64,000 nucleotides of DNA, from the IMG/VR virus record IMGVR_UViG_3300042301_001121, positions 3,885 through 67,884 of that record; one strand, written 5' to 3'. Shown here in pieces: positions 27,779 through 38,300 of the stretch. The first letter of the stretch is position 1, and every line of letters starts with the position of its first letter. Origin of the DNA: a virus. The translations under genes were made by a program, and so were the position numbers. Below the pieces are notes generated by a model. It saw only the letters and a list, made by a program, of their open reading frames with translations. It had not been told where the DNA came from and ran no database searches.

Positions 27779-30700
27779 AGCAACAACATTACCCACATGA
27801 CATAAAAACATATCAGAAAGGAATCCAATCAGATACTAATAAAGAGATATTAGGTCGATTAGAGGATGGAGAGCATGTTGATGCGCTTAATATGCGTAGT
27901 ATGTCTATGGATGGTAATAACCTTGCTAAGAAGAAGATTAAAGGGGAAGAACTTTTATATGATGCTTTAGACAACAGATGTTTTGTAGAAACAGGTCCAT
28001 TACCAGGAGCTGAGACATATCAATGTATGATGACTCAAGAAGTTAATGGTCATATCATTGAGTTATGGGCTTCTACAGATCCATTATTATATCCTCCATT
28101 TATTCGTATAGATGGACAGATTGTATTAATGAGTGATGCACTTCCATTTAATCTTAATTACCCTGTACAATACGATAAGAATGAGAGTTGTGTAGGAGGA
28201 GAGATTTATATCACAGATAACAACGTATCTCCTATGGTACTATCTGTTTTAGATATGATGGATAATTCTGCTATGACAGATACTGGAGAGTGTACTCAAA
28301 AGTATTTTGGAGATTTTGATCCAGCTAACTATTCTATTCCTGTTTCCTCAGAGCTATATAAGCCTGCTTTCGTTAAGCAAGAGAGCGTTTCTGTGGCTAG
28401 TGGATATGATGCTACATTTGGAACTACAGGACTCGTTGTAGGGAGTTATTCTTATTCATACAGATTAGTAACAGTAGAGGGAGAGAGAACTCCTTTTTCA
28501 CCTATTACTGAATTAGTACCTGTAGTAAGAAGAAAGACTTTTCAATTCTCTCCACAATATCCTTATTCTCATACTCATGGAGATTTTGCTAATATAGCTT
28601 CATCTACTGATTATGGTAATCACATTAGAATTAAGTGTGAGAATGCAGATGCTTTTACATTTTTAGAGGTAAGAAGAGATGCTTGGTATTCAGATAGTGC
28701 TTATGGTGTTCCTCCTGTTTCTGCTATTATAGGTAGTGTTGCTATTAGTGTAGGATTGAATGTAATAAATATATTTGATAAGGCTGAGGCTAACTTTCCT
28801 GGTCTTGAGATACTTGATTTAGCTGAACAAACAGATACGTTCTCTTCAATAAGAAGAGCTAAGTCTGTAAGATATTTCAATGAGAGATTATATCTAATGA
28901 ATATTGGGTATAACTCTAAAGACATCAATGGAGAAGTTACATTTGTTGATGAAGCTGGAGATCCTGCTTTTCCAACTATTGAGAAGATAGGTAAGGCTGG
29001 ACATAAGCACCCTTATACTGCTGCTATGTATAAGAGTAATATGAGAGGTGATAAGACAGGCTTTGGAGTTGTTCTATTTGATAGCTTTAATAATCCTTCT
29101 TATGCTACTGAATTACCTGCTCCATTTAATAACTATGAGTTTCCTAATAGGAGAGATGAGGTAAGTTTATTAACTCAAGGAAGTTCTTATAAAGGATTAG
29201 TTAAGGCTGCTACTACAGGTGGAGATGTAGAGTTAACGCATGAGGTATTTGATCATTACGATGCCTCTAGGAAGCTTACTGTTGTAGATAACATCAACAG
29301 GATAGAGCTTAAAGATGATGAGAATTATAACACATTAAATCCAACAAGTCAATCTGATAATCAAAGTAAATTAAATTATTCTCCAAATAAACTTGTTTCT
29401 TTAGATAATTCAGATCCTTCAACTACATATAACCCTAGAGGATTTGGATTAGATTACTATTCCATGGGGATGGCTATCAAGGGATTAGATACATATCCAG
29501 ATTGGGCTGATGGCTTTTCTGTTGTACAGACTGATCCTGCTTATCAAGTGGTAGCTCAAGGTTTAGGGTTTTATAGATTGACTTCAGCTACTCAGATTTT
29601 AGAAAATACAAAGAAGGACTTAAATAAGTTTTGGGCGTATTTTCCAGATTTAGAACATAGATTTCCAGATATAGCAGATGATTTGTTAAATAATCCTACT
29701 GCGTATTCAATACAATTAGTTTCTCCGTTAGGCTACTTTACTGAAGTGTACGCTAGTAAATACGCTAGTGATTTAGAGGATGATATTAGGAGAGGTACTG
29801 ACATGATTACTTATGCTAGAGTATTAAGAGATGGCCCAGACCCTTCTTTTTTTAATCAAGCTTACATAAATCCAGACTATGAAGGATCAGGTCAATCTGG
29901 TATTCCAGATGCTGATGGCAATAGTTATGTGGCATACGGAAGATTTATGAATGATTCAAGTGGTGATTCTCCTGCTTTTCCAGGTAATACTCAAGGTAAT
30001 ACAATATTTCCTTTAGATATTGCCACTACAGAAGTAACAACAGCAGGAGGTGGTCGTCAGACATATTTTCAAATAGCTGTAAACCCCCCTTCTGGAGATA
30101 TTTACAATACATCTGACCCTGGCTCTAATACTGATTCTGATTCAACTGGTCAAAAGGAGTGGAGAGAACCAATGTATGTTATAAATCTATATAGAAATAG
30201 AGATATAAATTCTGGTATTACTACTGAGTATAAATATACAGGTCATTACGTTAAATTCAAATCATTGGTGTTAGAGTCTAATGGCACATCTAATCAATCA
30301 GCAACATTAGTATCAGAGAGATGGGAAGATTGTATTCCTTCTTTAAATGTTCAAGTGTATAATGATTACTCTACATTAAAGAGATTTGTTTATGTAGTAG
30401 GTACAGATGGTTTAGAAAAAAGATGGATGAATGTTACATTTGAAACAGCTCCAGATATTGCTACTATACTTACTGGTCTAGCTGCTGCTGCTCCAGGTCC
30501 TTATAATGACCCTGTATTAACAGGTGGTTTTGACATATTTGGAATATACACAAGTACAGAGACAGTTGTTGATTTATGTCCTCAATTTACATTAAACTTT
30601 ATTGAGAACCCATTATATACAGCATTTACAGTTCCTGCTTCTGGAACTAAAGTATATGTTAAATATGACAATAGAATACCTATTAGAGTATTTGGCGGAG

Positions 30701-32331
30701 ATACATTTATCAATGAGTCTATATGGGCTGTATTAGATAATCAATTTAATAAGAACGCTAATCCTGTTGACGATCAAAATAAATTTTTATGGAGTAACCC
30801 ATTTCCATTTAAACAATATGATTTCAACAACAATTACCCATCTACTGATGGATATAGATATTGGGAAAATTCAGACCCTTGGGATTATGGATATAGAGAA
30901 CATCGATTTTCTACTAGTGTAGGCTCTATAGGTATTGCTAAATGTGAGATGAGACAAGCAATTACTATGTGGACTGCTGAAACTAGATGTAATTTATCAT
31001 TTTTCTTTAACCTGGAGTCACCAGATAAGGCTGTTAATGAACAAGCATTTCCATTAGTTAATTACATTCCTAGACCTTATAGATGGAACTCTAGTGCTGA
31101 TCCTAATGATAGAGCTGCTTGGGAATCAGCCAATAATCTATCTACTAAGTATTTCGATGATTACGGATATGAATGGAACTGGTGGGGATGGGGAGGATTT
31201 AGATTCTTACCTCAGACTAATAAGGACTATTCAAAGAGTCAAACGACTAACATATATACATCTGTTCCTACTGTAGGATTTGAAGAACAAACAGACTTCT
31301 GTACAAGAGTTATATGGTCATTAAAAAGACCTATCAATGCTCAGAATACACCATCTGTTAGAACATTTCCTGCATCTAACTATTTCGACTTAGCTGATGA
31401 TACAGGAGAGATTAAATTTGCATGGAGTGCTTTATCTGGAGATAAGGGTAATAACCTTTACGCATTGACAGATGGAGGGGTGTGTTTATTGATGGTAGAT
31501 AAGAGAGTTATCTATGAGATAAATGCTAATGAGTTAGCTACAGCAGGTTCAAGTATAGGAGGTATCTTAAATCAACTATGGATAGATAAGACTATAGGGA
31601 TGAGTGATCAGACTTGGAGAAGTTGGGCTGAGTATTCAAATACTTTGTTCTTCGTGAATAACAAGGCTGCTTATATGTTTACTGATAATAACTTGACTGA
31701 TATATCAAGAACAGGATTCCATTATTTATTGAGAAGTAAATTTTTAAGTAAAATAGGTAGTGTATATTCATCTGATTTAGTAGGAGGATATAACGTGTTG
31801 AATAACGAATACATAATGAGTGTTAATGACTCTGAGGATTTCTCTACTTTAATTTATGGAGTTCAACAACAGGCTTTACAATGTCAGAGTACTTACCTAT
31901 ATGACAAATACCTTTATAATAACAACTTATTGTTTGGTATGAAGGATGCTAAAACATTCGAGTTAGGAATAGGTAATCAGATTGATGAAACAGATATGGA
32001 TTGTTATGTAACAGGAGTATCTAATGCTGATTTATATTACGACAAGGAGTTTATTAGAATAAGAGTTAATTCAAGTAGTAAGCCAGAGAGAGTGTATTTC
32101 TACAAGTCTTATGATGATTACTTGGTTGACAACTTTACTAACTTTGTTGATACAGTAGCTGTTCCATTATCTATGAAGGATTACTTTGGATATGAGTGTT
32201 ACATACCTAGAAATGCTGTAGCACCTTATTACAGACAGCAAGGAAGGGTAATGTTATTTAAGATTGTAAGTAGTGCTGATGAAGAATTTTTAGTAGCTTC
32301 TACAGGTGTACAATACAAGAAGTTAAAATAA
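27775..32331 (+). CDS. tail stabilisation/muzzle (nozzle) protein
   Basis: 1518 aa, beta-rich, N-terminal DALNMR motif, position after ring genes. Confidence 0.65.
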   Translation: MKQQHYPHDIKTYQKGIQSDTNKEILGRLEDGEHVDALNMRSMSMDGNNLAKKKIKGEELLYDALDNRCFVETGPLPGAETYQCMMTQEVNGHIIELWASTDPLLYPPFIRIDGQIVLMSDALPFNLNYPVQYDKNESCVGGEIYITDNNVSPMVLSVLDMMDNSAMTDTGECTQKYFGDFDPANYSIPVSSELYKPAFVKQESVSVASGYDATFGTTGLVVGSYSYSYRLVTVEGERTPFSPITELVPVVRRKTFQFSPQYPYSHTHGDFANIASSTDYGNHIRIKCENADAFTFLEVRRDAWYSDSAYGVPPVSAIIGSVAISVGLNVINIFDKAEANFPGLEILDLAEQTDTFSSIRRAKSVRYFNERLYLMNIGYNSKDINGEVTFVDEAGDPAFPTIEKIGKAGHKHPYTAAMYKSNMRGDKTGFGVVLFDSFNNPSYATELPAPFNNYEFPNRRDEVSLLTQGSSYKGLVKAATTGGDVELTHEVFDHYDASRKLTVVDNINRIELKDDENYNTLNPTSQSDNQSKLNYSPNKLVSLDNSDPSTTYNPRGFGLDYYSMGMAIKGLDTYPDWADGFSVVQTDPAYQVVAQGLGFYRLTSATQILENTKKDLNKFWAYFPDLEHRFPDIADDLLNNPTAYSIQLVSPLGYFTEVYASKYASDLEDDIRRGTDMITYARVLRDGPDPSFFNQAYINPDYEGSGQSGIPDADGNSYVAYGRFMNDSSGDSPAFPGNTQGNTIFPLDIATTEVTTAGGGRQTYFQIAVNPPSGDIYNTSDPGSNTDSDSTGQKEWREPMYVINLYRNRDINSGITTEYKYTGHYVKFKSLVLESNGTSNQSATLVSERWEDCIPSLNVQVYNDYSTLKRFVYVVGTDGLEKRWMNVTFETAPDIATILTGLAAAAPGPYNDPVLTGGFDIFGIYTSTETVVDLCPQFTLNFIENPLYTAFTVPASGTKVYVKYDNRIPIRVFGGDTFINESIWAVLDNQFNKNANPVDDQNKFLWSNPFPFKQYDFNNNYPSTDGYRYWENSDPWDYGYREHRFSTSVGSIGIAKCEMRQAITMWTAETRCNLSFFFNLESPDKAVNEQAFPLVNYIPRPYRWNSSADPNDRAAWESANNLSTKYFDDYGYEWNWWGWGGFRFLPQTNKDYSKSQTTNIYTSVPTVGFEEQTDFCTRVIWSLKRPINAQNTPSVRTFPASNYFDLADDTGEIKFAWSALSGDKGNNLYALTDGGVCLLMVDKRVIYEINANELATAGSSIGGILNQLWIDKTIGMSDQTWRSWAEYSNTLFFVNNKAAYMFTDNNLTDISRTGFHYLLRSKFLSKIGSVYSSDLVGGYNVLNNEYIMSVNDSEDFSTLIYGVQQQALQCQSTYLYDKYLYNNNLLFGMKDAKTFELGIGNQIDETDMDCYVTGVSNADLYYDKEFIRIRVNSSSKPERVYFYKSYDDYLVDNFTNFVDTVAVPLSMKDYFGYECYIPRNAVAPYYRQQGRVMLFKIVSSADEEFLVASTGVQYKKLK

Positions 32332-32357
32332 TTGTTAAATTTGGAAAAAATTACGTT

Positions 32358-32993
32358 ATGGCATTAGGTGGAATAATCGGAGGAATATTAGGTTCAGCTG
32401 TTGGAGGTCCTTTAGGAGCTTCTATAGGAACTGGTTTAGGACAGGCTGCTCAAGGAGCTTTTCAGAAGAAAAAGGCTAAAGGAATGAGTGTTGCTCCTAT
32501 AAATCCTATGGATCAAGCTATGTTTAATAGATTGAAAAGACAATCTGATGCGGCAGCTACTGGAACAAAATATAATCCTCAAATGGTTGCTGGTCAACAA
32601 ATGGCTAAGTCTATGCAAAGAAATGCTATGAACGCTGGATCTCCTGCTAATATGGGTGTTTATAGTAATCTTTTAAGTCAGACTATGCAGAATATACAAG
32701 AGATGACATCAAGAGATATTGCTCAAACTAATGCTCAATTAGGAGAACAAACAGCTAGAATTTCCGATATATCAAGAGATACAAAACTACTTGAACAAAA
32801 TAAAATGGAAGCTGATGCTGCTGAAAATCAAAAAGCAGGATTCCAAAATTTAGCAGGTGGATTAATGCCTAAAGGAAAATTCAAGTATAATGATGGGCTT
32901 AAAATACAAGAAATTCTTGACCCTACTAAGAAAAAGAAAAAACCAGGAGAGGTTGATTTAGATGTAGAAGGAACTGAAGAAGGAGAAGGTTAA
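32358..32993 (+). CDS. putative ejected/pilot protein
   Basis: Gly-rich hydrophobic N-terminus, Q/A/M-rich helices; TAAATTTG box at 32336-32343. Confidence 0.6.
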   Translation: MALGGIIGGILGSAVGGPLGASIGTGLGQAAQGAFQKKKAKGMSVAPINPMDQAMFNRLKRQSDAAATGTKYNPQMVAGQQMAKSMQRNAMNAGSPANMGVYSNLLSQTMQNIQEMTSRDIAQTNAQLGEQTARISDISRDTKLLEQNKMEADAAENQKAGFQNLAGGLMPKGKFKYNDGLKIQEILDPTKKKKKPGEVDLDVEGTEEGEG

Positions 32994-33013
32994 TCCTAAA
33001 TAAAGATTACAAC

Positions 33014-35320
33014 ATGGCTATAAACGATAAAGAGAATCCAGAAGAAGAAGGTACTCCTAAAAGCAAGAAGGATATACGTAAGGAAAGGAGAGAAATGAAG
33101 TCCATAGACAGACAAAGAAAAGCTATGGGTGGTGAAGCTTTGTATGGGCCAGAGGATTATGAAGCTATTAAAAAGCAATTTAAACCTGCTCCTGGTAAAG
33201 CATTATCTGGTAAAGTTGAAAATATAGGGAAAGGAACTATTGAGTATAATGACCCTAATAAGCCTGTTGTAGATGACACTCCAGATGTTGAGTATATTAA
33301 ATATGATGCTGCTGGTCCTGGTCAAACAGCTAAAGAAACAAGAACGACATTTAAAGCAGGTACGCCAGAAGCTAAAAATGTTTCTAGTGCGGTTCAAGGA
33401 GATGAAGAGGCTGGAAAACAATTAGCTAAAACATTGGCTAATATGCCTAACACAGCTCAAGAAACTCAAGATGTTTTACAAGTAAAAGCGGATAACAATC
33501 CTAAATTAACATCTACTGACCAAGAGAATTTAACAAAAGCAAATATAGTTGTTGGAGATGAGGTTAAAAAGACAGAAGATGCTATTGATAATGAAGAAAC
33601 AGAAACTAAAACAAAATTACAAGAGATAGTTGAAGGACCTCAACAATACAACTGGACAGATACTTATGTTACAGAAGGATTTGAGCCAGAAGCTAAAGAA
33701 GATATAGTATCAAGGGCTGCTAATGCTGCTAAACAAAAAGCTCCTCAGTTAGCTATTGAGAAACTAGGCGTTCAAGATTATTATCCAGAAATAGGTAGAG
33801 ATATAGCTGTAGGTACGTTTACAGGTAGTAGAATAGGCTCTCAAACTATTTACTCTGGTGCTGGAGGTTTATTACCTTTAGGATTATATGATGCTAGAAA
33901 AAGAGCTATAGCTTCTGAGATAAAAAGAAAAGAAGCATTGATGGATCAATTAAAGGAGATACCAGATATTGCTAAACAATATAAGCCTGCTTTTTCTCAA
34001 GATTTTTATAATGGTTTACAACCATATATTGATGCTTATAAAAATAATCCAGATGGATTAGCATCAGATCCAGGGTTTTTGAAATATATATCTAATAAGA
34101 AATCTGTAGGAGAAAACTTTTCTAAGACATCTGCCTACTTAGAAGATTTAGAGAGTAAAATAGTTGACCCTAAGACAGGAAAACCTGCTGCTTGGGTGAC
34201 TGATGATATGCTTAAAATAATCAATAATGTTAAATCTGGTATGACTCCAGGAAACATTGAAGATTATTTCTCTGGTAAAAAGAATATAGCTAAAGTACTT
34301 AATACTGTTAGAGCTTTACCTAACGCTTTAAATCAAGGTGATGAAATAGTTAAGACATTGATTAAGGATGGAGCTATTGAAAGAGCTATTAATTTAAAAA
34401 CAGGAAAAGATTTTAATCCAGAAGAATTAGAGGACTTGAATAACCTTGTTAAACAGATTAATAGTCCTAGTCCTGATTATGAGATGTTCTCTGAATTGAA
34501 GAAAAAATACTTTGATTTTGAATTTGATAAAATAGCAGAAGAATGGGTAGAAACTAACATGTCTGACCAATCCGAAAAGACTAAAGAAGAGGTTAAGAAA
34601 AGTATGGCTAGTTACATGTTTGAGCAAATGCCTAAAGAATCTATAATTAGTACTATTACTAAGCAAGCTAATAAAGCCGCTGAAAGAAGAGGTCAAGATT
34701 TAGATTATCAAAAAGCAATGGCTAGAATAAATGCTGATAAAGAAATGTTCTACGCTGACTTTAATAGACATACTAGTATTACTAGGGCTTTATATGAAGG
34801 AATGGAAAGACTTGGTAGTAATGATGAATCGGTTGAGATATATGATGCTGGAGTGAATGGAAAGAATGGGTTAGAAATGGAATGGCAAGTATATGACAGT
34901 AAGGACAAGGCGTATAAATGGGTTAAAGGAAAAGAGATAAATGCCAATACTGGCAGATATTATAAATCTGACAAGGTTTCTCCTGGAAATGTATATACAG
35001 CAAAATCAATAGTTCATGTTCAGCCTACTAAAAATAATATGCAGAAGAACGGAAGTAATTACAATGTATCTACTTATGGAGTTGCTTATGAATCATTTGT
35101 TGATATGGGTGATGGTTCTAAAGTAGGAGCTACTGAAATAAATGTACCTGTTAGAACTCCTTATGCTACAGCTGTACAAGGAGGTAGACTTAATGATGGT
35201 GTTATTGGAAGTTCTGATAATGCTGTTGGAGCTAAATTCCAAAGAACAGCTGGTAACATTTATGCAGGAGGGGGTAAAGAAAGAGTTGGTAGCTCAAGCT
35301 CTCAATACAGTAGAGAATAG
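33014..35320 (+). CDS. large putative internal virion (ejection) protein
   Basis: 768 aa, position after muzzle. Confidence 0.55.
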   Translation: MAINDKENPEEEGTPKSKKDIRKERREMKSIDRQRKAMGGEALYGPEDYEAIKKQFKPAPGKALSGKVENIGKGTIEYNDPNKPVVDDTPDVEYIKYDAAGPGQTAKETRTTFKAGTPEAKNVSSAVQGDEEAGKQLAKTLANMPNTAQETQDVLQVKADNNPKLTSTDQENLTKANIVVGDEVKKTEDAIDNEETETKTKLQEIVEGPQQYNWTDTYVTEGFEPEAKEDIVSRAANAAKQKAPQLAIEKLGVQDYYPEIGRDIAVGTFTGSRIGSQTIYSGAGGLLPLGLYDARKRAIASEIKRKEALMDQLKEIPDIAKQYKPAFSQDFYNGLQPYIDAYKNNPDGLASDPGFLKYISNKKSVGENFSKTSAYLEDLESKIVDPKTGKPAAWVTDDMLKIINNVKSGMTPGNIEDYFSGKKNIAKVLNTVRALPNALNQGDEIVKTLIKDGAIERAINLKTGKDFNPEELEDLNNLVKQINSPSPDYEMFSELKKKYFDFEFDKIAEEWVETNMSDQSEKTKEEVKKSMASYMFEQMPKESIISTITKQANKAAERRGQDLDYQKAMARINADKEMFYADFNRHTSITRALYEGMERLGSNDESVEIYDAGVNGKNGLEMEWQVYDSKDKAYKWVKGKEINANTGRYYKSDKVSPGNVYTAKSIVHVQPTKNNMQKNGSNYNVSTYGVAYESFVDMGDGSKVGATEINVPVRTPYATAVQGGRLNDGVIGSSDNAVGAKFQRTAGNIYAGGGKERVGSSSSQYSRE

Positions 35321-35360
35321 ATAATAATATTTATCTTTGTTATAACTAGATAATAAACTT

Positions 35361-38300
35361 ATGGCACTAAATAGCGATTTAATGAATACTCAAACAGGAG
35401 GAGAAGGAGAGACTGTACAAATACAAGCTCAAGAAAAACTAACTCCTGAGCAATTTGATGTAAATATTAAAGCGCAAGAGACACCTATTGATAGTGAATC
35501 ACCAATACAGCCACCTGTTCAAAGGGAAGGAATGGTAGAAGTTCAAAACGCTCCTCCTTCAGAATTTGTTGAGGCTCAAGAATCATTTAATGAAGCACCT
35601 GTAGAATTACCAGAAGAAAATCCAGTTGTAAATCCTAGTGAAATAACTGCTGATGAAGATGATGGTTTTTTGCCTTTTGTAGATACTTCTATCAACGAAG
35701 AGGAGCAAGATACTTCTTTACCATTTATAAATACTGATATAGATGGAAATTCTAATGTATTTGATTCTACCCTTCAGAACTTAAATGAAGAACCATTAGA
35801 TGATGGTGTAAATAATATTATTGAATTTCAAAAGAAATTTGGATTAACAGAACAAAAAGAAGAAGATAAGCCAAAATCTACTTTATTTAAAAACAATAGT
35901 TTTTTTAATATAAAAAGTGATTTAGAAGAGAATCTTACTGATGGCGGAAATGCAGATCAAGAAAGTTTAAAAGCATTGGGGATAGATTTTAATCCTAATG
36001 CTGCTAAATCGAATGTTGAACAACCACTTGTTGAAGTTGTATTAACTGAAGAGCAAAAGAAACAATCTTTACTTCAAGAGTACTATGACGCAGAGAATGA
36101 AATGTTATCTGTTAAAGATAGAATTGTTGTAGAAGAGAATAAGCCAAAAGATAAAAAGGATTACGAAGTATTAGATGCTTTAAAAGCAAGAAATAAAGAG
36201 CTAACTAACTTTTTAAAATCACTAGATAAAAAAGAAGATTTAAAAAGCTATAAAAAAGAAACAGAGAAAAAATTAGCTAAAGGTCAAAAAGGATTATGTA
36301 ACGATCCTAATGCATCAAACTATTTATCTCCAGGTGCATGTACTTACGCTCCTACTAGCGCACAAAAAGATGTATATACATATCATCCAGAAAACTGGAG
36401 AGTAATGGATATATTCAATACTAAGTCTGATTATATAGCTAGAAATGTATTTTCAAATAGGATTCAATTTAAAAAAGATTCTCAAGTAGGTTCTAGATAT
36501 GGTGATAAAATACAAAGCGCATCTGATGCTAGTTTAGCTGTTTTAAGATTATTTGCTACTGAAGGAGATATAGAATATTATAAAAGCAAAGGTTTAAGTA
36601 GAGAACAAGCTATGGCTGAACATACTCAAAGAGTTATATCTGAGTATGATTTTACAGCAAGAGAACTTAGAGATATAGATAAGTTACTTAAAAAAACTGT
36701 TGATTGGGCTAGGTCTGAAGGAGGCACTTACAAATCTGGAGAAAATGCTGGTAAATTTAAAGCTGCTTTATTACCTAACTGGGGTGTTTTGGCTGCATCG
36801 GAATATGAAACAAAGGATGGTCAGAAGGTAAAGCTTTTTAAAGGAATACAAGAAGATGAAGAGCAAAAGAAAAAGAACAAAAATGGATATGGTATATCTC
36901 CATGGGATAAAAGCTCTTTTCAATATACAGATACTGAAATAAACTCAAAGAATAATGATCCTTATTTTGTTCCTGCTTCTACTATAAGTTTATGGGAGAA
37001 AAATGGAATGATTACATTTGATGAGCAAGGGAATCAGATAAAAGCTAAAGGTCCAAAGTTCAGAAGAGATGTATTCAAGACTCAAAAGACATTATTAAGA
37101 AGAAAGGATAAAGATGGCAATCCTTACTTACAGAGTACAGATCCTATTTGGGGTGTTGGACTTACTGGTGTAATGGATAAAGCCACAGAAGATGCTTTAA
37201 AAAGATTTAATAATGATTCTAGGGGCGATAAGAAAAATAAAGTTGTAACAGATTTAAAAGGTACTGCTAAAGGTACTGGTGCTGATTACGATATAGAAAG
37301 AGATAATCCATTTTATAAATACGATAAAACAGGTAAAGTTCCTGATATAGCATTCGGTAAAGTAAAGATGAAGGATATTCCTTTTGGAGCATGGAGAACT
37401 AGAAAGGATGCTGAAACCTGGGCCGCTAAAAACATGCCTAGTAACACGAAGAAAATATCTGGATTAGGAGCTGATATAGTAAATAAGTCACAGTCTGATT
37501 TTAAGAAATATATAGATGGATTAGGGATAGGAGTTACTGTACAACTTGAAGGTGGTGTGCTTGATTGGGATAATGTTGTTTTAAAAGCTCCAAAAGGAGT
37601 AGTAGCATCTGATTTAATCCTTGATTTGAATGAGGATGAGGAAAATGATTACAACGATGCAAAACAATTAGAAAGATGGTTAAATTCTGTTCAAGAAAGT
37701 CCTGGAGATAAACTTGTTAGTATGTGGTCTGAGATATACGACCCTGCTAATGCAATGATTCGTAATGGTCAGATAAACTTAGATAGAGGAAATCAATTCT
37801 TTTATTCAGCAAAAGATAAAGATAAAAAAGAAGTATCTCTTGGTGTAACAGATAAAGCACAATTTTCTGATGTGTATAAAAATTTACCTTCTGACAACTT
37901 AATGACTAAAGGTATTAATTACATGATGGGCTGGGCTGAATCTTCTAAAAAAGGCGAAAAAGTAATTGACATTGATAAGTTTGCTAAAACAATAGAAAAG
38001 GAACAGAACAATCTTGGGTTACAGATTTCAGAGCTTGAAAAAAAATCTCAACAATACTCTAGTACAATTCAGCCTTATTTGACAAAATTAGAAGATTTAA
38101 AGAAACAAACAAGAGAAGAGCAAGACAAAATAAACAAACAAGTTGATGAATTAAAAGTAAAATTTGACAATGACTTAATTGATCAAAATGAATTTTCTTC
38201 TAAGATAGCTGAATATTCAAATAAAACAACATTACTTCAACAAAATCTAAATAATGCTATAACTCAAGTTAATAATGCGTATAAAAATAACAAGGGTACG

